Notes: generated from the sequence alone by a model not told the origin. A stretch of 51,556 nt of DNA from Spartobacteria bacterium (GCA_009930415.1 RZYG01000001.1:1-51556), one strand, 5' to 3'; shown: positions 42,223-51,556, counted from the stretch's first letter. Numbers and translations: made by a program.

Positions 42223-43920
42223 ATGAAGCGCTGGTGGCTCGGAAGTTGCGCCATCGCCTGGGCCGGGGCGGCGGCGGGGCAAGCCGTGTTGCCGACCGGC
42301 CATTCGGGACCGTGGAGCAACCTTGCCCTGCTGCCGGCAGGCTGGACGCAGACGGAACTCACGGATTACGCCGTGAACTACGACGGCTTCGGCCGCGGCG
42401 CGGCCAAATTCGATTCCACCAACGACGCGCTTCGCATCGATCTTTCCGGAACGCCGGAAGAAGTCACCTACTGGATCCAGCACAACGTGGCCAGCGGCTA
42501 CGTCTTCCAGGTCGAAGAATCCGTGGACGGCGAGGAGTGGAGCGCTGTCGCGACGTATGCCGGCGTCGGCCTGCCCGCCGTAGCCCAGCCGCGGACCAAT
42601 CGGCTGCTGGCCGCGTCCCGCCACGTCCGGTTCCGGTACGAGACGAAGACGATCGGGAACGTCGGCTTGGATGGGGTGGATATTCGCGGGTGGCCGACCA
42701 ACTTCTGCGTCACGTTCAACCGACGCGACGGCTTCAGCGTCCAGACCGGCACCGTTGTGGCCGTTGTGGCGACGGCCCGCAACGGCGCGGAGCCGTGCGA
42801 GATGGCCTGGGACAGCACGCTGGGGGCCGAGCATTGGTCGGCCAGCGGCGACACGTTCACGATCGAGGCGAGCGCGCCGCGGGGCGACTACGTGGCTTGG
42901 GCGTCGGCGACGGACTCGGGCGAGCCGATCCAGGCCGCGACGAATTCCGTGCGCTTCGCCGTGACGACGGTTTACGCCATCGTCCTTGCGCCGGCGACGC
43001 ATGGAATGCTGGCCACGGAACCGGCGGGATATGCCGCCGGCGGCGAGACCGTGCTCGTTCTGGATGCGCCGGAAGCCGGCTACCAATTGGCTTCGCTGAC
43101 GGTGGAACCCGACGGCGAAGAGCCTTTCCACCTGAACGGGGGGCGTTTTGCCATGCCCGCCACGGCGACGACGGTCCGGGCCGTGTTCGAGGAAATTCCG
43201 CCGGCAGGAAGCTACGTGGTGGATTTCGAGGATGCGGACAAGTTCACCTATCCGACGACCAACGTCGTGTTGAACGGAAAACAATGGGAGCTGGCGCAAA
43301 CCTTGATCGGCACGGCCAGCGAAGACGTCATCGCGGGATTCAAGTCGGCGCGTTTGCGGGACGGGACGAACGCCCCCAGCCTGACGTTGCTCGAAGATCT
43401 GACCAACGGTCTGGGGCGGCTGTCGTTCAAGTATCGCGCCGCCGCGTCGGCCATCGATCCGGTGGATTGGCAGGCAGAATATAGCCGGGACGGAGGAACA
43501 AACTGGGTGCGCATCGGCCGGCCTTTCGCGCCGCCGGCCCTCGACGTCGTGCAATTCTTTTCCCGCGGCGTCCACGTGACGGGACCGGTCCGGGTGCGGA
43601 TCGTGCGTGGCCGGGCGAACGTCGTGGAGGCCAGTAGGCTGATCGTCGACGACCTCGTGGCGACGCCGTACGACGGTCTCGGTCCGACCCTCATCGAAGA
43701 CGTGGGGCCGGGAACGGTCCCCGGGGAATACGAGATCGAAGTTCCGGGCGGTTATGGACTCGCTCGGGTGGAGGGGGCGGAACCGGTCCTCGGCGGTTGC
43801 GGTCCTTGGTCGAACTTGACCGCCGGCGTGCATTACGGCGTAAGCAACGCAACGGTCGCAGTCTGGACGGTTCCAGGCGCGCGCCAATGGCTGCGCCTTT
43901 ATCTGGTCCCCTTGCCCTGA
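42223..43920 (+). CDS. secreted hypothetical protein with beta-rich repeat domains
   Basis: ATG 42223 gives the signal peptide MKRWWLGSCAIAWAGAAAGQA. An internal segment resembles InlB-B/bacterial-repeat-type domains (AIVLAPATHGMLATEPAGYAAGGETVLVLDAPEAGYQLASLTV). Function unknown. Confidence 0.6.
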   Translation: MKRWWLGSCAIAWAGAAAGQAVLPTGHSGPWSNLALLPAGWTQTELTDYAVNYDGFGRGAAKFDSTNDALRIDLSGTPEEVTYWIQHNVASGYVFQVEESVDGEEWSAVATYAGVGLPAVAQPRTNRLLAASRHVRFRYETKTIGNVGLDGVDIRGWPTNFCVTFNRRDGFSVQTGTVVAVVATARNGAEPCEMAWDSTLGAEHWSASGDTFTIEASAPRGDYVAWASATDSGEPIQAATNSVRFAVTTVYAIVLAPATHGMLATEPAGYAAGGETVLVLDAPEAGYQLASLTVEPDGEEPFHLNGGRFAMPATATTVRAVFEEIPPAGSYVVDFEDADKFTYPTTNVVLNGKQWELAQTLIGTASEDVIAGFKSARLRDGTNAPSLTLLEDLTNGLGRLSFKYRAAASAIDPVDWQAEYSRDGGTNWVRIGRPFAPPALDVVQFFSRGVHVTGPVRVRIVRGRANVVEASRLIVDDLVATPYDGLGPTLIEDVGPGTVPGEYEIEVPGGYGLARVEGAEPVLGGCGPWSNLTAGVHYGVSNATVAVWTVPGARQWLRLYLVPLP

Positions 43921-44011
43921 AATCCGCGCGCCGGGCGGGCAAAAACGGGGCGAAAATGTTGCGCGCCCCCTGGCGGGGGAGTAAGCTCAAGGCCGAGGAA
44001 AGGAGGCAGCC

Positions 44012-44593
44012 ATGAGTTTCACCTTGCCGATCGGAGCGACAGCGCCGGACTTCAACTTGCCGGCAACGGACGGGAAGAAATACGCGCTGGCGGACTTCGC
44101 CGACGCGGCGACGCTGGTGGTGTTTTTCACCTGCAACCATTGCCCCTACGTGATCGGGTCCGACGAGACCACGCGGGCGACGGCGGAGCAGTTCAAGGGC
44201 CGCGGCGTACGGTTCGTCGGGATCAACTCGAACAGCAAGCACACCTACGCCGAGGACGACTTCGCGCACATGGTCGGGCGCATGGAGGAATTCCATTTCC
44301 CGTGGGTCTATCTGCACGATGAACCGCAAGACGTGGCACGGGCCTACGGCGCGCTGCGGACGCCGCATTTCTTCGTGTTCGACCGCGCGCGCAAGCTGGT
44401 CTATACCGGGCGGGCGCTGGACCATCCGCGCGAGCCGCAGAAGGCCACGGTCAACGACCTCGCGCGCGCGCTGGAAGAAATCGCCGCGGGTCGGCCGGTG
44501 AGCGTGCCGGTCACGAATCCCATCGGCTGCAACGTCAAATGGGAAGGGCGCGACAAGCACTGGATGCCGCCGGAGGCGTGCGATCTCGTGTAG
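44012..44593 (+). CDS. thioredoxin-fold (AhpC/TSA-redoxin-like) protein
   Basis: AGGAGG lies upstream. [19 protein letters not shown]...[12 protein letters not shown] (CxxC), RTPHFFVFD. Confidence 0.8.
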   Translation: MSFTLPIGATAPDFNLPATDGKKYALADFADAATLVVFFTCNHCPYVIGSDETTRATAEQFKGRGVRFVGINSNSKHTYAEDDFAHMVGRMEEFHFPWVYLHDEPQDVARAYGALRTPHFFVFDRARKLVYTGRALDHPREPQKATVNDLARALEEIAAGRPVSVPVTNPIGCNVKWEGRDKHWMPPEACDLV

Positions 44594-44600
44594 CCGGAGA

Positions 44601-45749
44601 TCAGGAACGGTCGTCTGAATACCGTTCCCGCACGGCGCGGGCTTCGTCGGACTGCCGCCGCAGGGCCGCGACCACCGTCGGGTCGAGCTTGCCGGCGGCG
44701 ACCATCCGGTCGAGTTCCGCGAAGGCTTCGGCGAACGACCAGGCCGGCTTGTAGGGGCGCGGGGACGTCAGCGCGTCGAAGACGTCGGCGACGGTGACGA
44801 TCCGGGCTTCGAGCGGGATGGCGTCGCCGCGCACGCCCTGGGGATAGCCGCTGCCGTCGAGGAATTCGTGGTGGTAGGCGACGATGTTGCGCAACACGGC
44901 CACGCTCGGCAGATCGTTCAAGGCCAGGTCGGAAATCATTTTTTCGAGGACGGCGCTGCCGCGGTCCACGTGGGTCTTCATCGTTTCCCAGTCCGCGCCG
45001 GCCAGCGGGCCGGGCCGCAGCAGGATGTGGTCGGGGATGCCGATCTTGCCGACGTCGTGCAGGGGCGCGAAGAGGAAGACGAGTTCCACGAATTCGTCGG
45101 TCAGGCCCCGGTCCGGGGCGAGTTCCTTGGCGGCGAGGCGCGCGTAGCGGGACATGCGCTCGAGGTGCGTGCCGGTTTCGAAGTCGCGCAGGTCGCAGAA
45201 CGCGCGGGCCACGCCGACCGAGCCGGCCAGGGCGCGGATGGACAGCAGTTCGGCGGCGATGAGCAGGGAGACGAGATTGGCGAACAGTTCGAGATGGCGC
45301 TGCTGGGCGCCCGAAAACGCGTCGGGCTGGCGCGAATCGAAGAAGAGCAGGCCGGTGAAGGCGCCCTGGCCGTACATCGGGAGCGTCAGCGACGTGCGGT
45401 AGCCTTCCTCAAGCAGCCAGACGGAATGGGCGTTGCGGGGAGTGATGGCCGCGGGGATGTCCGGCAACAGCCGGCGGCCGCCGCGGCGGGCCAGCTCAAG
45501 CAGGGAACGACTGGCGGAAAGCTTGTATTCGTAGCCGCGCAGCGCTTCGCCGGAGAGGGTACTGTGGACGAAGGTCTTCAGCACGTCGTCGTCGGGGTCG
45601 TACAGCGCGCAGCCGATGCGGTCCACGTTGGGAACGTCCAGAAGCAGTTGCCGATGCATGGCCGCGAGCCGTTCGCTGAGGCTGGTCGATTCCTTTGCGG
45701 CGCGATGATCGGGAAGTTCCACGGGTTTGTCCTCGACCGCAGTGTCCAT
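44601..45749 (-). CDS. GAF-like sensor + HD-GYP domain phosphodiesterase
   Basis: HDVGKIGIPDHIL and YHHEFLDGSGYPQG motifs. The N-terminal ~170 aa are GAF-like. Confidence 0.85.
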   Translation of the reverse strand: MDTAVEDKPVELPDHRAAKESTSLSERLAAMHRQLLLDVPNVDRIGCALYDPDDDVLKTFVHSTLSGEALRGYEYKLSASRSLLELARRGGRRLLPDIPAAITPRNAHSVWLLEEGYRTSLTLPMYGQGAFTGLLFFDSRQPDAFSGAQQRHLELFANLVSLLIAAELLSIRALAGSVGVARAFCDLRDFETGTHLERMSRYARLAAKELAPDRGLTDEFVELVFLFAPLHDVGKIGIPDHILLRPGPLAGADWETMKTHVDRGSAVLEKMISDLALNDLPSVAVLRNIVAYHHEFLDGSGYPQGVRGDAIPLEARIVTVADVFDALTSPRPYKPAWSFAEAFAELDRMVAAGKLDPTVVAALRRQSDEARAVRERYSDDRS

Positions 45750-45822
45750 TTTCGTCCGGGGCGCGTCAAGCCCGCGGAGACGGAGTTAATCCGCCCGCGG
45801 GCCGCGCGCGGATCGGCGTCGC

Positions 45823-46932
45823 TCAGCGGATGCGCCGGAGCAGGACGAGACCCAGGGTGAGAAACACGGCGTTGGGCAGCCACCCGGCCACGGCGGGCGG
45901 CAGCAGCTGCTGTTTGCCGAAGGCCAGTCCGAGACCCATGAGAACGTAGTAGCCGAAGAACGCCAGCAGCGCGAAGAGAATGCCCAGGCCCATGCCGCGC
46001 CGGCCCGTTTGGAATCCGAAGGGCACGCCCACGAGAATGACGATCAGGCACAGCCACGGCGCGGCGAGACGGTAGTGGAAATCCACCATCAGGCGGTTGC
46101 GGGTTTCCTGGGAGATGCCGGGATGGGTGTCGATGAACTGGAGGATTTCGTAGGCGGACCGCTCGCTGTCGTCCTTGATCTCGTTGAGGAAATCCTTGGG
46201 CGTTTCGGAGAGCATGGTCATTTCCACCGTGGGGCTGGATTCGATCGGGCCGGTGGGGTCGTTGCGGGCGTCGTAATAGCGCGTTTCGACGTTTTCGAAC
46301 CACCAGTGGCCGTCCACCCAGCGGGCGCGGGCGGCGTCGAGCCGGAATTCGTCGGATCCGTCCGGCCGTTGCTGGGTGAGGTTGACGCCGAGCATTTCGA
46401 AGGAGCTTTCGGGGCGGGGATCGAACAGGTTGATTCGCCACACGCGGCGGCCCGTCGTGTTCTTGTAGGCCAGGTTCGGGGCCAGATGGATCTGGCCGCC
46501 GTGCTGGGAGCCCTGCCATTCGAGGAACTGGCGGTTCCGGTACATCGCGCCGGGATTGTAGAGTTCGTTGATGCCGAGCAAGGCGAAGGAGGCGAGCAAC
46601 CCGACGATCAGGTAGGGATGGATGAGTTGGCCGAGGCTCAGCCCGCTCGCCCGCATGGCCGTCAATTCGGCGTTTTTGCCCAGCTGCCAGAGGGCGTAGA
46701 GCAGCGCCAGCAACAGGGAGATGGGCAGGAGGTAGGGCAAAAAGGTCGCCAGCAGGCGGACGTAATAGCCGGCGATGTCCCCGACCGGCGTTTTGGCTTC
46801 CATGAAATCGACGAAATTGCCGAACAGATCCACCAGGATCGCCACCAGCGAAAAGCCGGCCATGACGTAGACCCAAGGCCGGCCCAGATGGCGAAGCAAA
46901 TAGCGGCTGACCAACTTCATCGGCGGGGACAA
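45823..46932 (-). CDS. LptF/LptG-family (YjgP/YjgQ) LPS export permease
   Basis: The N-terminus is typical of the family (LVSRYLLRHLGRPWVYVMAGFSLVAILVDLFGNF). Six hydrophobic segments with a large periplasmic insert. Confidence 0.8.
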   Translation of the reverse strand: MSPPMKLVSRYLLRHLGRPWVYVMAGFSLVAILVDLFGNFVDFMEAKTPVGDIAGYYVRLLATFLPYLLPISLLLALLYALWQLGKNAELTAMRASGLSLGQLIHPYLIVGLLASFALLGINELYNPGAMYRNRQFLEWQGSQHGGQIHLAPNLAYKNTTGRRVWRINLFDPRPESSFEMLGVNLTQQRPDGSDEFRLDAARARWVDGHWWFENVETRYYDARNDPTGPIESSPTVEMTMLSETPKDFLNEIKDDSERSAYEILQFIDTHPGISQETRNRLMVDFHYRLAAPWLCLIVILVGVPFGFQTGRRGMGLGILFALLAFFGYYVLMGLGLAFGKQQLLPPAVAGWLPNAVFLTLGLVLLRRIR

Positions 46933-46962
46933 GCGGCGGAACCGGGCGGCCCGCCGGGTTCC

Positions 46963-47244
46963 TTACGGAGCGGGGACGACTTCTTCGGGCAGGTATTTGG
47001 TCTTGTCGACCCAGATGAATCCCTTGCCGTTGCAGAACGAGCAGGTCGGCATTTTTTCGGGATCTCCGGCGCAGCGCGGACAGACGATCTTCACGTTGGG
47101 GTTGTCGTACGTTTCGGCGCTGTATTTGAGGATCCCGCTCGTTTCGGCGAACCAGAACAAGCCGCCGACGGCCAAAATGGCGCCGACGATGCCCCAGCGA
47201 TATTGGAGCGATTTATCCACCTTGCGACGTTGGGGTTGGGGCAT
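46963..47244 (-). CDS. small membrane-anchored zinc-ribbon protein
   Basis: 93 aa, one TM segment (WGIVGAILAVGGLFWF), CPRCAG...CSFCNGKG. Confidence 0.5.
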   Translation of the reverse strand: MPQPQRRKVDKSLQYRWGIVGAILAVGGLFWFAETSGILKYSAETYDNPNVKIVCPRCAGDPEKMPTCSFCNGKGFIWVDKTKYLPEEVVPAP

Positions 47245-47330
47245 ATGATCTCCGGGTTGTGCGCTACAGTGTCGGGTTTAGGCCGGCAAAGTCAAGGCAG
47301 GAGCGCGGTGCCAGCCCAAAAACCTTCCGG

Positions 47331-47915
47331 CTAGGGCAGGACGAGAACCCGCCAATCCTGGCCATCGAATTCCTCGGAAGCGGACCAGACCTGGCCGAAA
47401 TGGTTGGAGTGGCAGAAATCGCCGCCCAGTCGTTGGAGCAAATAGCGCTCGTCCGATCCGTCCGGCGCAAAGCCTTTGAGTTGGATGGCGTAGAAATTGT
47501 CGCCGGGCTGGGTGATCCACGCCGGAATTTCGATCTGCCAGAGGTCCAGCTCGGCCGTATCGGCCCCCGGCCATCCGCGGAACTGGGTCTCCGGCCGCGC
47601 GGCGTCCAGCGAGACGTTCTTGACCCAGGATCCCATGATCCAATGCGACATGTATCCGTCCCACCAGCGCGCGAAAACCTGTTCGTCCATTTCGCCGGCG
47701 AAATCCTTGGCGGTCAGGACGTAGAGCGTCACCGTGTCGCCGTCCGGGATCTGGTCGGAACCATTGGCCAGAAACGAGAAGCTTTCGCCGGGCACGCGTT
47801 CGACCGTCCGGGTGCCGTTGCCCACGGCGTGGTAGGCTCCGTCCGTCTGGATGTCCGCCTGCGCCGTCAGGGCCGCGCAAACCGCAACGAGGAGGAAAGC
47901 GAAATGCCGTTTCAT
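47331..47915 (-). CDS. secreted hypothetical protein
   Basis: Signal peptide MKRHFAFLLVAVCAALTAQA. 194 aa, Trp-rich. No family recognised. Confidence 0.6.
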   Translation of the reverse strand: MKRHFAFLLVAVCAALTAQADIQTDGAYHAVGNGTRTVERVPGESFSFLANGSDQIPDGDTVTLYVLTAKDFAGEMDEQVFARWWDGYMSHWIMGSWVKNVSLDAARPETQFRGWPGADTAELDLWQIEIPAWITQPGDNFYAIQLKGFAPDGSDERYLLQRLGGDFCHSNHFGQVWSASEEFDGQDWRVLVLP

Positions 47916-47986
47916 GGGATGGTCACTCCTTTGGCTGCGATCCTATCAGGCCGCGGAGGGAGAAGCAACCGTCCGGTTCGCGCGGA

Positions 47987-48748
47987 TCAGGCGCTGGCGG
48001 TGCGGGCCGCCGGAAGCACGTCGAAATCGCAGATCAACGGCAGGTGGTCGCTGAGACGGACGCCGCGGGCCACTTCGAAGTGGGTGACGCGGATTTCGGG
48101 GCTGTGGAGGATGAAATCGAGTTGCCAGCGGGGCGCGCGGCTGGGAAACGTCGGCAGATCGGTCAGATTGGCGCTGGCGAGCTTCAAATCGGCCATGAAA
48201 TCCCGCAATTCCACTTTGCCGGCAAAGGCGTTGAAGTCGCCGGCGATCAGATAGGGTTTGGGGGCGTTTTTCGCCAGGCGAGCCAAATCGGCCAACTGGG
48301 CGGCGCGCGTCCGGCGACTGAGGGCCAAATGGACGACGTAAATGACGACGTCTTCGAGTTCGAGTTCCATGACGAGCCGCTTGACGCCCTTGCGGAGGAA
48401 ATGGGTGCGCTCGCGGATGACGGACCGGCCCGAGATGCAGGCGTTGGCCTGCTTGCGCATCATGGGCAGGTGGCTCCACCAGGACAGATAGCTGTATTTC
48501 GGGCGGCAGAACGGCCGGTGGCCCAGTTGGCGGGCGATGACATCGGCTTGGTCGCGGTGCCCCGCGCGATAGGAGCCGGCATCGATCTCGACCAGTCCGA
48601 GCACGTCGGCCTTTTGCTCGCGGAAAAACCGGATCAGGGAATCCAGGTTTTTGCCTGTTTTCCGGAAAAAACCGCCGAAGGGGAAAGGCAAGTGGAATTT
48701 GACCCCCGTCCCCGTCGCGTAGCGCATGTTGTAAAGCACGAATCTCAT
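47987..48748 (-). CDS. endonuclease/exonuclease/phosphatase (EEP) family protein
   Basis: LGLVEID near the N-terminus, IAGDFNAF, and the terminal RLSDHLPLICDF motif. Confidence 0.8.
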   Translation of the reverse strand: MRFVLYNMRYATGTGVKFHLPFPFGGFFRKTGKNLDSLIRFFREQKADVLGLVEIDAGSYRAGHRDQADVIARQLGHRPFCRPKYSYLSWWSHLPMMRKQANACISGRSVIRERTHFLRKGVKRLVMELELEDVVIYVVHLALSRRTRAAQLADLARLAKNAPKPYLIAGDFNAFAGKVELRDFMADLKLASANLTDLPTFPSRAPRWQLDFILHSPEIRVTHFEVARGVRLSDHLPLICDFDVLPAARTASA

Positions 48749-48846
48749 GTAAACAAAGGCCTAATATACGCCCGGCCAAGAGGAATTCAAGCGCTTCGAC
48801 ACCGAAAAGAGTGGCGCATTCGCAACAAACGGGATATGAAGCGGAT

Positions 48847-49599
48847 ATGACGCGAACGGTTTTGATTTTGGCGCCCCATCCCGACGACGAAAGCATTACG
48901 GGGCTCTTGGCTCTGCGCCTCAAGGAAGAATGCGGCTTTCGGATTTGGGTGGTGCCGGCCACGCTGGGCAGCCGCGCGGACCGGCGTGCCGCGCGGGCCA
49001 AGGAATTGCGCGCGGCATGTCGCGTGCTGGGTTTTCACCTGCGAATTCCCATGGCCATTCCGGATGGCGTCGCGTCGATGAAACAACTGCTGGACATCGT
49101 GGCTGACGTTTCTCCGGCGATCGTTTTCATGCCCCATGCCAAAGATGGCCACCCGACGCATCGCGCTTGCCATTGGATGGGGGTGGCAGCCATGGATGCG
49201 GCCCGGCGGATAAAGGCATTTCACGTAGTGGAAACCGAGTACTGGCATCCGCTGGAACGCCCGAACCTGATGGTGGCGGCGACGAAAACCCACGTGGCGA
49301 CGTTGCGCCGGGCGCTGGCCTGCCATGCCGGGGAAGTGGCGCGCAACGACTATGCGGCGCGCCTGCCGGCCTGGATGAGCGACAACGTGCGCCGGGGCGC
49401 GGAACTCGTGGGCGGTCCGGGAGCCGCCGCGCCGAACATGGCCTACGCCACGCTCTATCGCGCGCGGATCCGCGCCGGCGGAAAATGGAGCGCCCCTTTT
49501 CATGGCGGGAAGAGTCTGAAATCCGCTTGCGACCTGCGGGATTGGGTCGCGGCATGGGACGCACCGCCGGCGGCCGGCGCGAGCGGGCCGGGGCGTTAA
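48847..49599 (+). CDS. PIG-L/LmbE-family deacetylase
   Basis: MTRTVLILAPHPDDESITG and KDGHPTHRA motifs. Start chosen at ATG 48847 rather than GTG 48811. Confidence 0.8.
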   Translation: MTRTVLILAPHPDDESITGLLALRLKEECGFRIWVVPATLGSRADRRAARAKELRAACRVLGFHLRIPMAIPDGVASMKQLLDIVADVSPAIVFMPHAKDGHPTHRACHWMGVAAMDAARRIKAFHVVETEYWHPLERPNLMVAATKTHVATLRRALACHAGEVARNDYAARLPAWMSDNVRRGAELVGGPGAAAPNMAYATLYRARIRAGGKWSAPFHGGKSLKSACDLRDWVAAWDAPPAAGASGPGR

Positions 49600-50129
49600 C
49601 CGAAAAAACTCTCTTCGCCGGCCGGGCGTTCGTTCTCGAAGATGCATATCTGCTGGCGCATCTCGACGCAGGCTTTCTTGAAGCGCTGGCTGGCTTCCAG
49701 AAAATCGTCGTCCGGTTTCTTCAAGAACGCGGCGCAGGCGTCGGCGAAGTCCAGCAGCGCGCGATACAGCTCCTTGGGCAGGCCCTGCGCGCCTTCCTTC
49801 GACATGATTTTATCTTGGAATTCCGGAACGATCTTCACGATGTCCGCGTGGTACTGCGCGTGGATCGGCCGGGCCAGTCCGAGCCACTCGATGCCATAGC
49901 GGTCTTCGTGGGCGGACAGATCCATGGTCAGCCGCTCCGCCAGATCCAGCAGGGCAAGGATATCGCGATAGATCCGGGTGCGGATCTTGGCCTTGGCGAC
50001 GTGTTTCTCCTCGACGTGGGCTTTTTGCTTGCGGACCACGTCCGAGCGGTCGCCCATGCGCACCGGCGGCAGTTTCTTGCCTGGCGCCGTCGTCGGACCG
50101 GGCCGGGGTTGGGAAGGCGTTCCGTTCAT
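49596..50129 (-). CDS. hypothetical protein
   Basis: 177 aa, helical, His-rich (AHEDRYGIEW, IHAQYHADI). Its stop overlaps the convergent PIG-L stop. Confidence 0.5.
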   Translation of the reverse strand: MNGTPSQPRPGPTTAPGKKLPPVRMGDRSDVVRKQKAHVEEKHVAKAKIRTRIYRDILALLDLAERLTMDLSAHEDRYGIEWLGLARPIHAQYHADIVKIVPEFQDKIMSKEGAQGLPKELYRALLDFADACAAFLKKPDDDFLEASQRFKKACVEMRQQICIFENERPAGEESFFG

Positions 50130-50521
50130 GAAGGGACTTTATAGCGCGGCGGCGAGACCGTTTCCAGTCCAAACCGTGCGTCGGCGCTACTCCAGCGCCC
50201 AGACGGTGCTGGCACCGAGCGAAGCCCCCAGAACATCCCAGAAGACGTCCCGCCAGCTCCAGCAGGTTTTTTGACGCGCAGATCGTAGGCTTCCTTGCCG
50301 AAGCCCGCGGCCATGGCCGCCGTCCAGCCGAACGCCGCCGCTTCTTCCGGTTCGAGGTCGCGCGCGGCCAACGCGCCGCCGGCCCCGATGACGAATCCAG
50401 CGGCGAAGTGCTTGGCTTTGTCCGGTCCGAGCCAGGAATCGTTGCAGGTGCGGAAACCGGCGCAGCCGGCCTGCAGGAGCAGGACGGCTGCAACGAGCCC
50501 GTGAAGGCCCCGGGAAACCAT
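50126..50521 (-). CDS. small lipoprotein (LQAGC lipobox); 3' part probably frameshifted at an A6 run
   Basis: The N-terminus MVSRGLHGLVAAVLLLQAGC is a lipobox. After the A6 run (T6 at 50267-50272 on the + strand) the -1 frame has much better codon bias and a hydrophobic ending, with its stop at 50188-50190. Confidence 0.5.
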   Translation of the reverse strand: MVSRGLHGLVAAVLLLQAGCAGFRTCNDSWLGPDKAKHFAAGFVIGAGGALAARDLEPEEAAAFGWTAAMAAGFGKEAYDLRVKKPAGAGGTSSGMFWGLRSVPAPSGRWSSADARFGLETVSPPRYKVPS

Positions 50522-50532
50522 GACGGAAACGG

Positions 50533-51312
50533 TTATTTCCGATCCTGCCGGTCGAGGATCTGGATGGCTTCGATGGCGGTGCGGATGGCTTCTTCCACGC
50601 CGACCTTGGCGATGATGGGGGCGTCGTCGTAGGTCAGGCCGATGGTGGCGAGCACTTCACCCGCGCGGACGCGGCGGATGCTCGACACGACGAAGAGCGC
50701 GGCGGATTCCATCGACGTCGAGATGACGTTCGAGCGGTACCAGGCGTTCCACTTGGCGTCGATCTCTTCGCGGATGGGAATGTCCTTGTCTTCGATGAAG
50801 AAGGCGTCCTTGCAGTGGCCGATGCCGGTGTGCGCGGGCAGCTTCAGGTTCTTCGCCGCCTGGCGCAGGGCCAGGGTGACGTCGAGGTCGGCCACGGCGG
50901 GGTAGGAAAGCGGCACGTACTGGCGGGTGGTGCCCTCCTCGCGCACGGCGCCGGTGGTGATGCACAGGTCGCCGAGCTTCACCTCGCGCTGGAGCGCGCC
51001 GCAGGTGCCGATGCGGATGAAGGTGTCCGCGCCGCACTTGATCAGTTCCTCGACCGCGATGGCGGTGGAGGGGCAGCCGATGCCGGTGGAGCAACAGGAG
51101 ACCTTGATGCCGGCGACGGTGCCGGTCCAGGTGCGGTATTCGCGGTTGAAGGCCACTTCCTTCGCGTTGTCGAAGAACGACGCGATCAGCGGCACGCGGC
51201 CCGGGTCGCCCGGCAGCAGCACGTAGCGACCGACGTCGCCCCGCTTCAGGTGCACGTGGTATTGGAGTTCAGCGGCTTTCTTGGGGGATTTCTTGGCTTT
51301 TTTCTTGGACAT
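50533..51312 (-). CDS. udp: uridine phosphorylase (PNP/UDP family 1)
   Basis: LLPGDPGRVPLIA, REYRTWTG, CCSTGIGCPSTAIAVEELIKCGADTFIRIGTCGALQ closely parallels Udp. A Lys-rich N-terminal tail is present. Confidence 0.8.
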   Translation of the reverse strand: MSKKKAKKSPKKAAELQYHVHLKRGDVGRYVLLPGDPGRVPLIASFFDNAKEVAFNREYRTWTGTVAGIKVSCCSTGIGCPSTAIAVEELIKCGADTFIRIGTCGALQREVKLGDLCITTGAVREEGTTRQYVPLSYPAVADLDVTLALRQAAKNLKLPAHTGIGHCKDAFFIEDKDIPIREEIDAKWNAWYRSNVISTSMESAALFVVSSIRRVRAGEVLATIGLTYDDAPIIAKVGVEEAIRTAIEAIQILDRQDRK

Positions 51313-51377
51313 GGCGGACTCCTTGGGTTTGCGAAATATTGGAATGACGGAACGTTGGAATGGTGGGGGAACAGCCG

Positions 51378-51445
51378 CCCGACGAGGGCGTCGGGGCTCC
51401 AGAAAACGAAAATCCGAACTGGAGCCGGCACGCCCTCGTGCCGGG
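51378..51445. repeat. second copy (inverted orientation) of the composite triple-hairpin element; likely also terminator of the upstream minus-strand gene
   Basis: The reverse complement reads CCGGCACG-AGGG-CGTGCCGG CTCCAG(16 nt)CTGGAG CCCCGACG-CCCT-CGTCGGG. It begins 2 nt after the stop at 51448-51450. Confidence 0.5.
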
Positions 51446-51447
51446 TT

Positions 51448-51556
51448 TTAGACGTCCTCCTTGGCCAGTTCTTTCCAGAACTGGAGGATGAGCTTTTTCA
51501 TGCCGGCCATGGCCTTCTGGGAGGTCTCGAAGACTTCCTGGTGGGTCAGGGCCTGG
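51448..51556 (-). CDS. 3' end of an unidentified CDS (partial, enters from window edge)
   Basis: The minus-strand frame reads ...ALTHQEVFETSQKAMAGMKKLILQFWKELAKEDV* with good G/C third-position bias. Stop TAA at 51448-51450. Confidence 0.45.
   Translation of the reverse strand, partial: QALTHQEVFETSQKAMAGMKKLILQFWKELAKEDV

Noticed and set aside
46938-46962. Near-palindrome GGAACCGGGCGG-C-CCGCCGGGTTCC between the small zinc-ribbon gene and the LptF/G gene, considered as a terminator or attenuator.
   Set aside because: It has one internal mismatch, essentially no loop and no following U-run. It lies between two co-oriented, closely spaced genes and may be fortuitous GC-rich symmetry.

Overview
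High-G+C chromosomal window from a diderm bacterium. The phylum is not determinable from sequence alone; gene order is compatible with a PVC-type lineage, which is inference only. All calls come from reading the ORF translations and the DNA by eye; no searches were run.

Backbone genes, left to right:
- The conserved rpmH-rnpA-yidD-yidC cluster. rpmH is absent from the ORF track and was found by hand.
- A CsgG-family protein and a membrane protein.
- A small accessory patch: a DUF262+HNH nuclease followed by a RAYT-type HUH transposase fused to a DprA-like domain.
- A 2933-aa cyclic beta-1,2-glucan synthase.
- An NCS2 nucleobase permease, an XRE-type regulator, diaminopropionate ammonia-lyase, a tandem kinase-like protein and a YitT-family protein.
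- Past the integrated element described below: a translationally coupled fabZ-lpxA-gspD-gspE-gspF-waaA block.
- A secreted repeat protein preceded by three tandem palindromes.
- A thioredoxin-like protein, a GAF/HD-GYP protein and an LptF/G permease.
- Several small envelope proteins, an EEP-family nuclease/phosphatase and a PIG-L deacetylase.
- Uridine phosphorylase.

The most notable feature is an 11.3-kb integrated element at 23180-34482.
- It is bounded by an exact 27-bp direct repeat of the 3' end of tRNA-Leu(UAG).
- It carries a tyrosine integrase, an AT-rich orphan cargo gene and excisionase-type HTH proteins.
- Its replication module is a ParB-like protein, an AEP-like primase-polymerase, a RecA-type helicase and an iteron-rich putative origin.
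- It has a large-terminase-like gene but no recognisable virion structural genes, which is a satellite-like architecture.

Other points worth a second look:
- The DUF262-HNH / RAYT-DprA pair.
- A composite triple-hairpin repeat present twice, 47 kb apart.
- A perfect 47-bp AT-rich palindrome in a divergent promoter region.
- A 3 x 31-bp palindromic array.
- A possible -1 frameshift at an A6 run.

Many very long ORFs in the track are high-GC shadow frames and were rejected.
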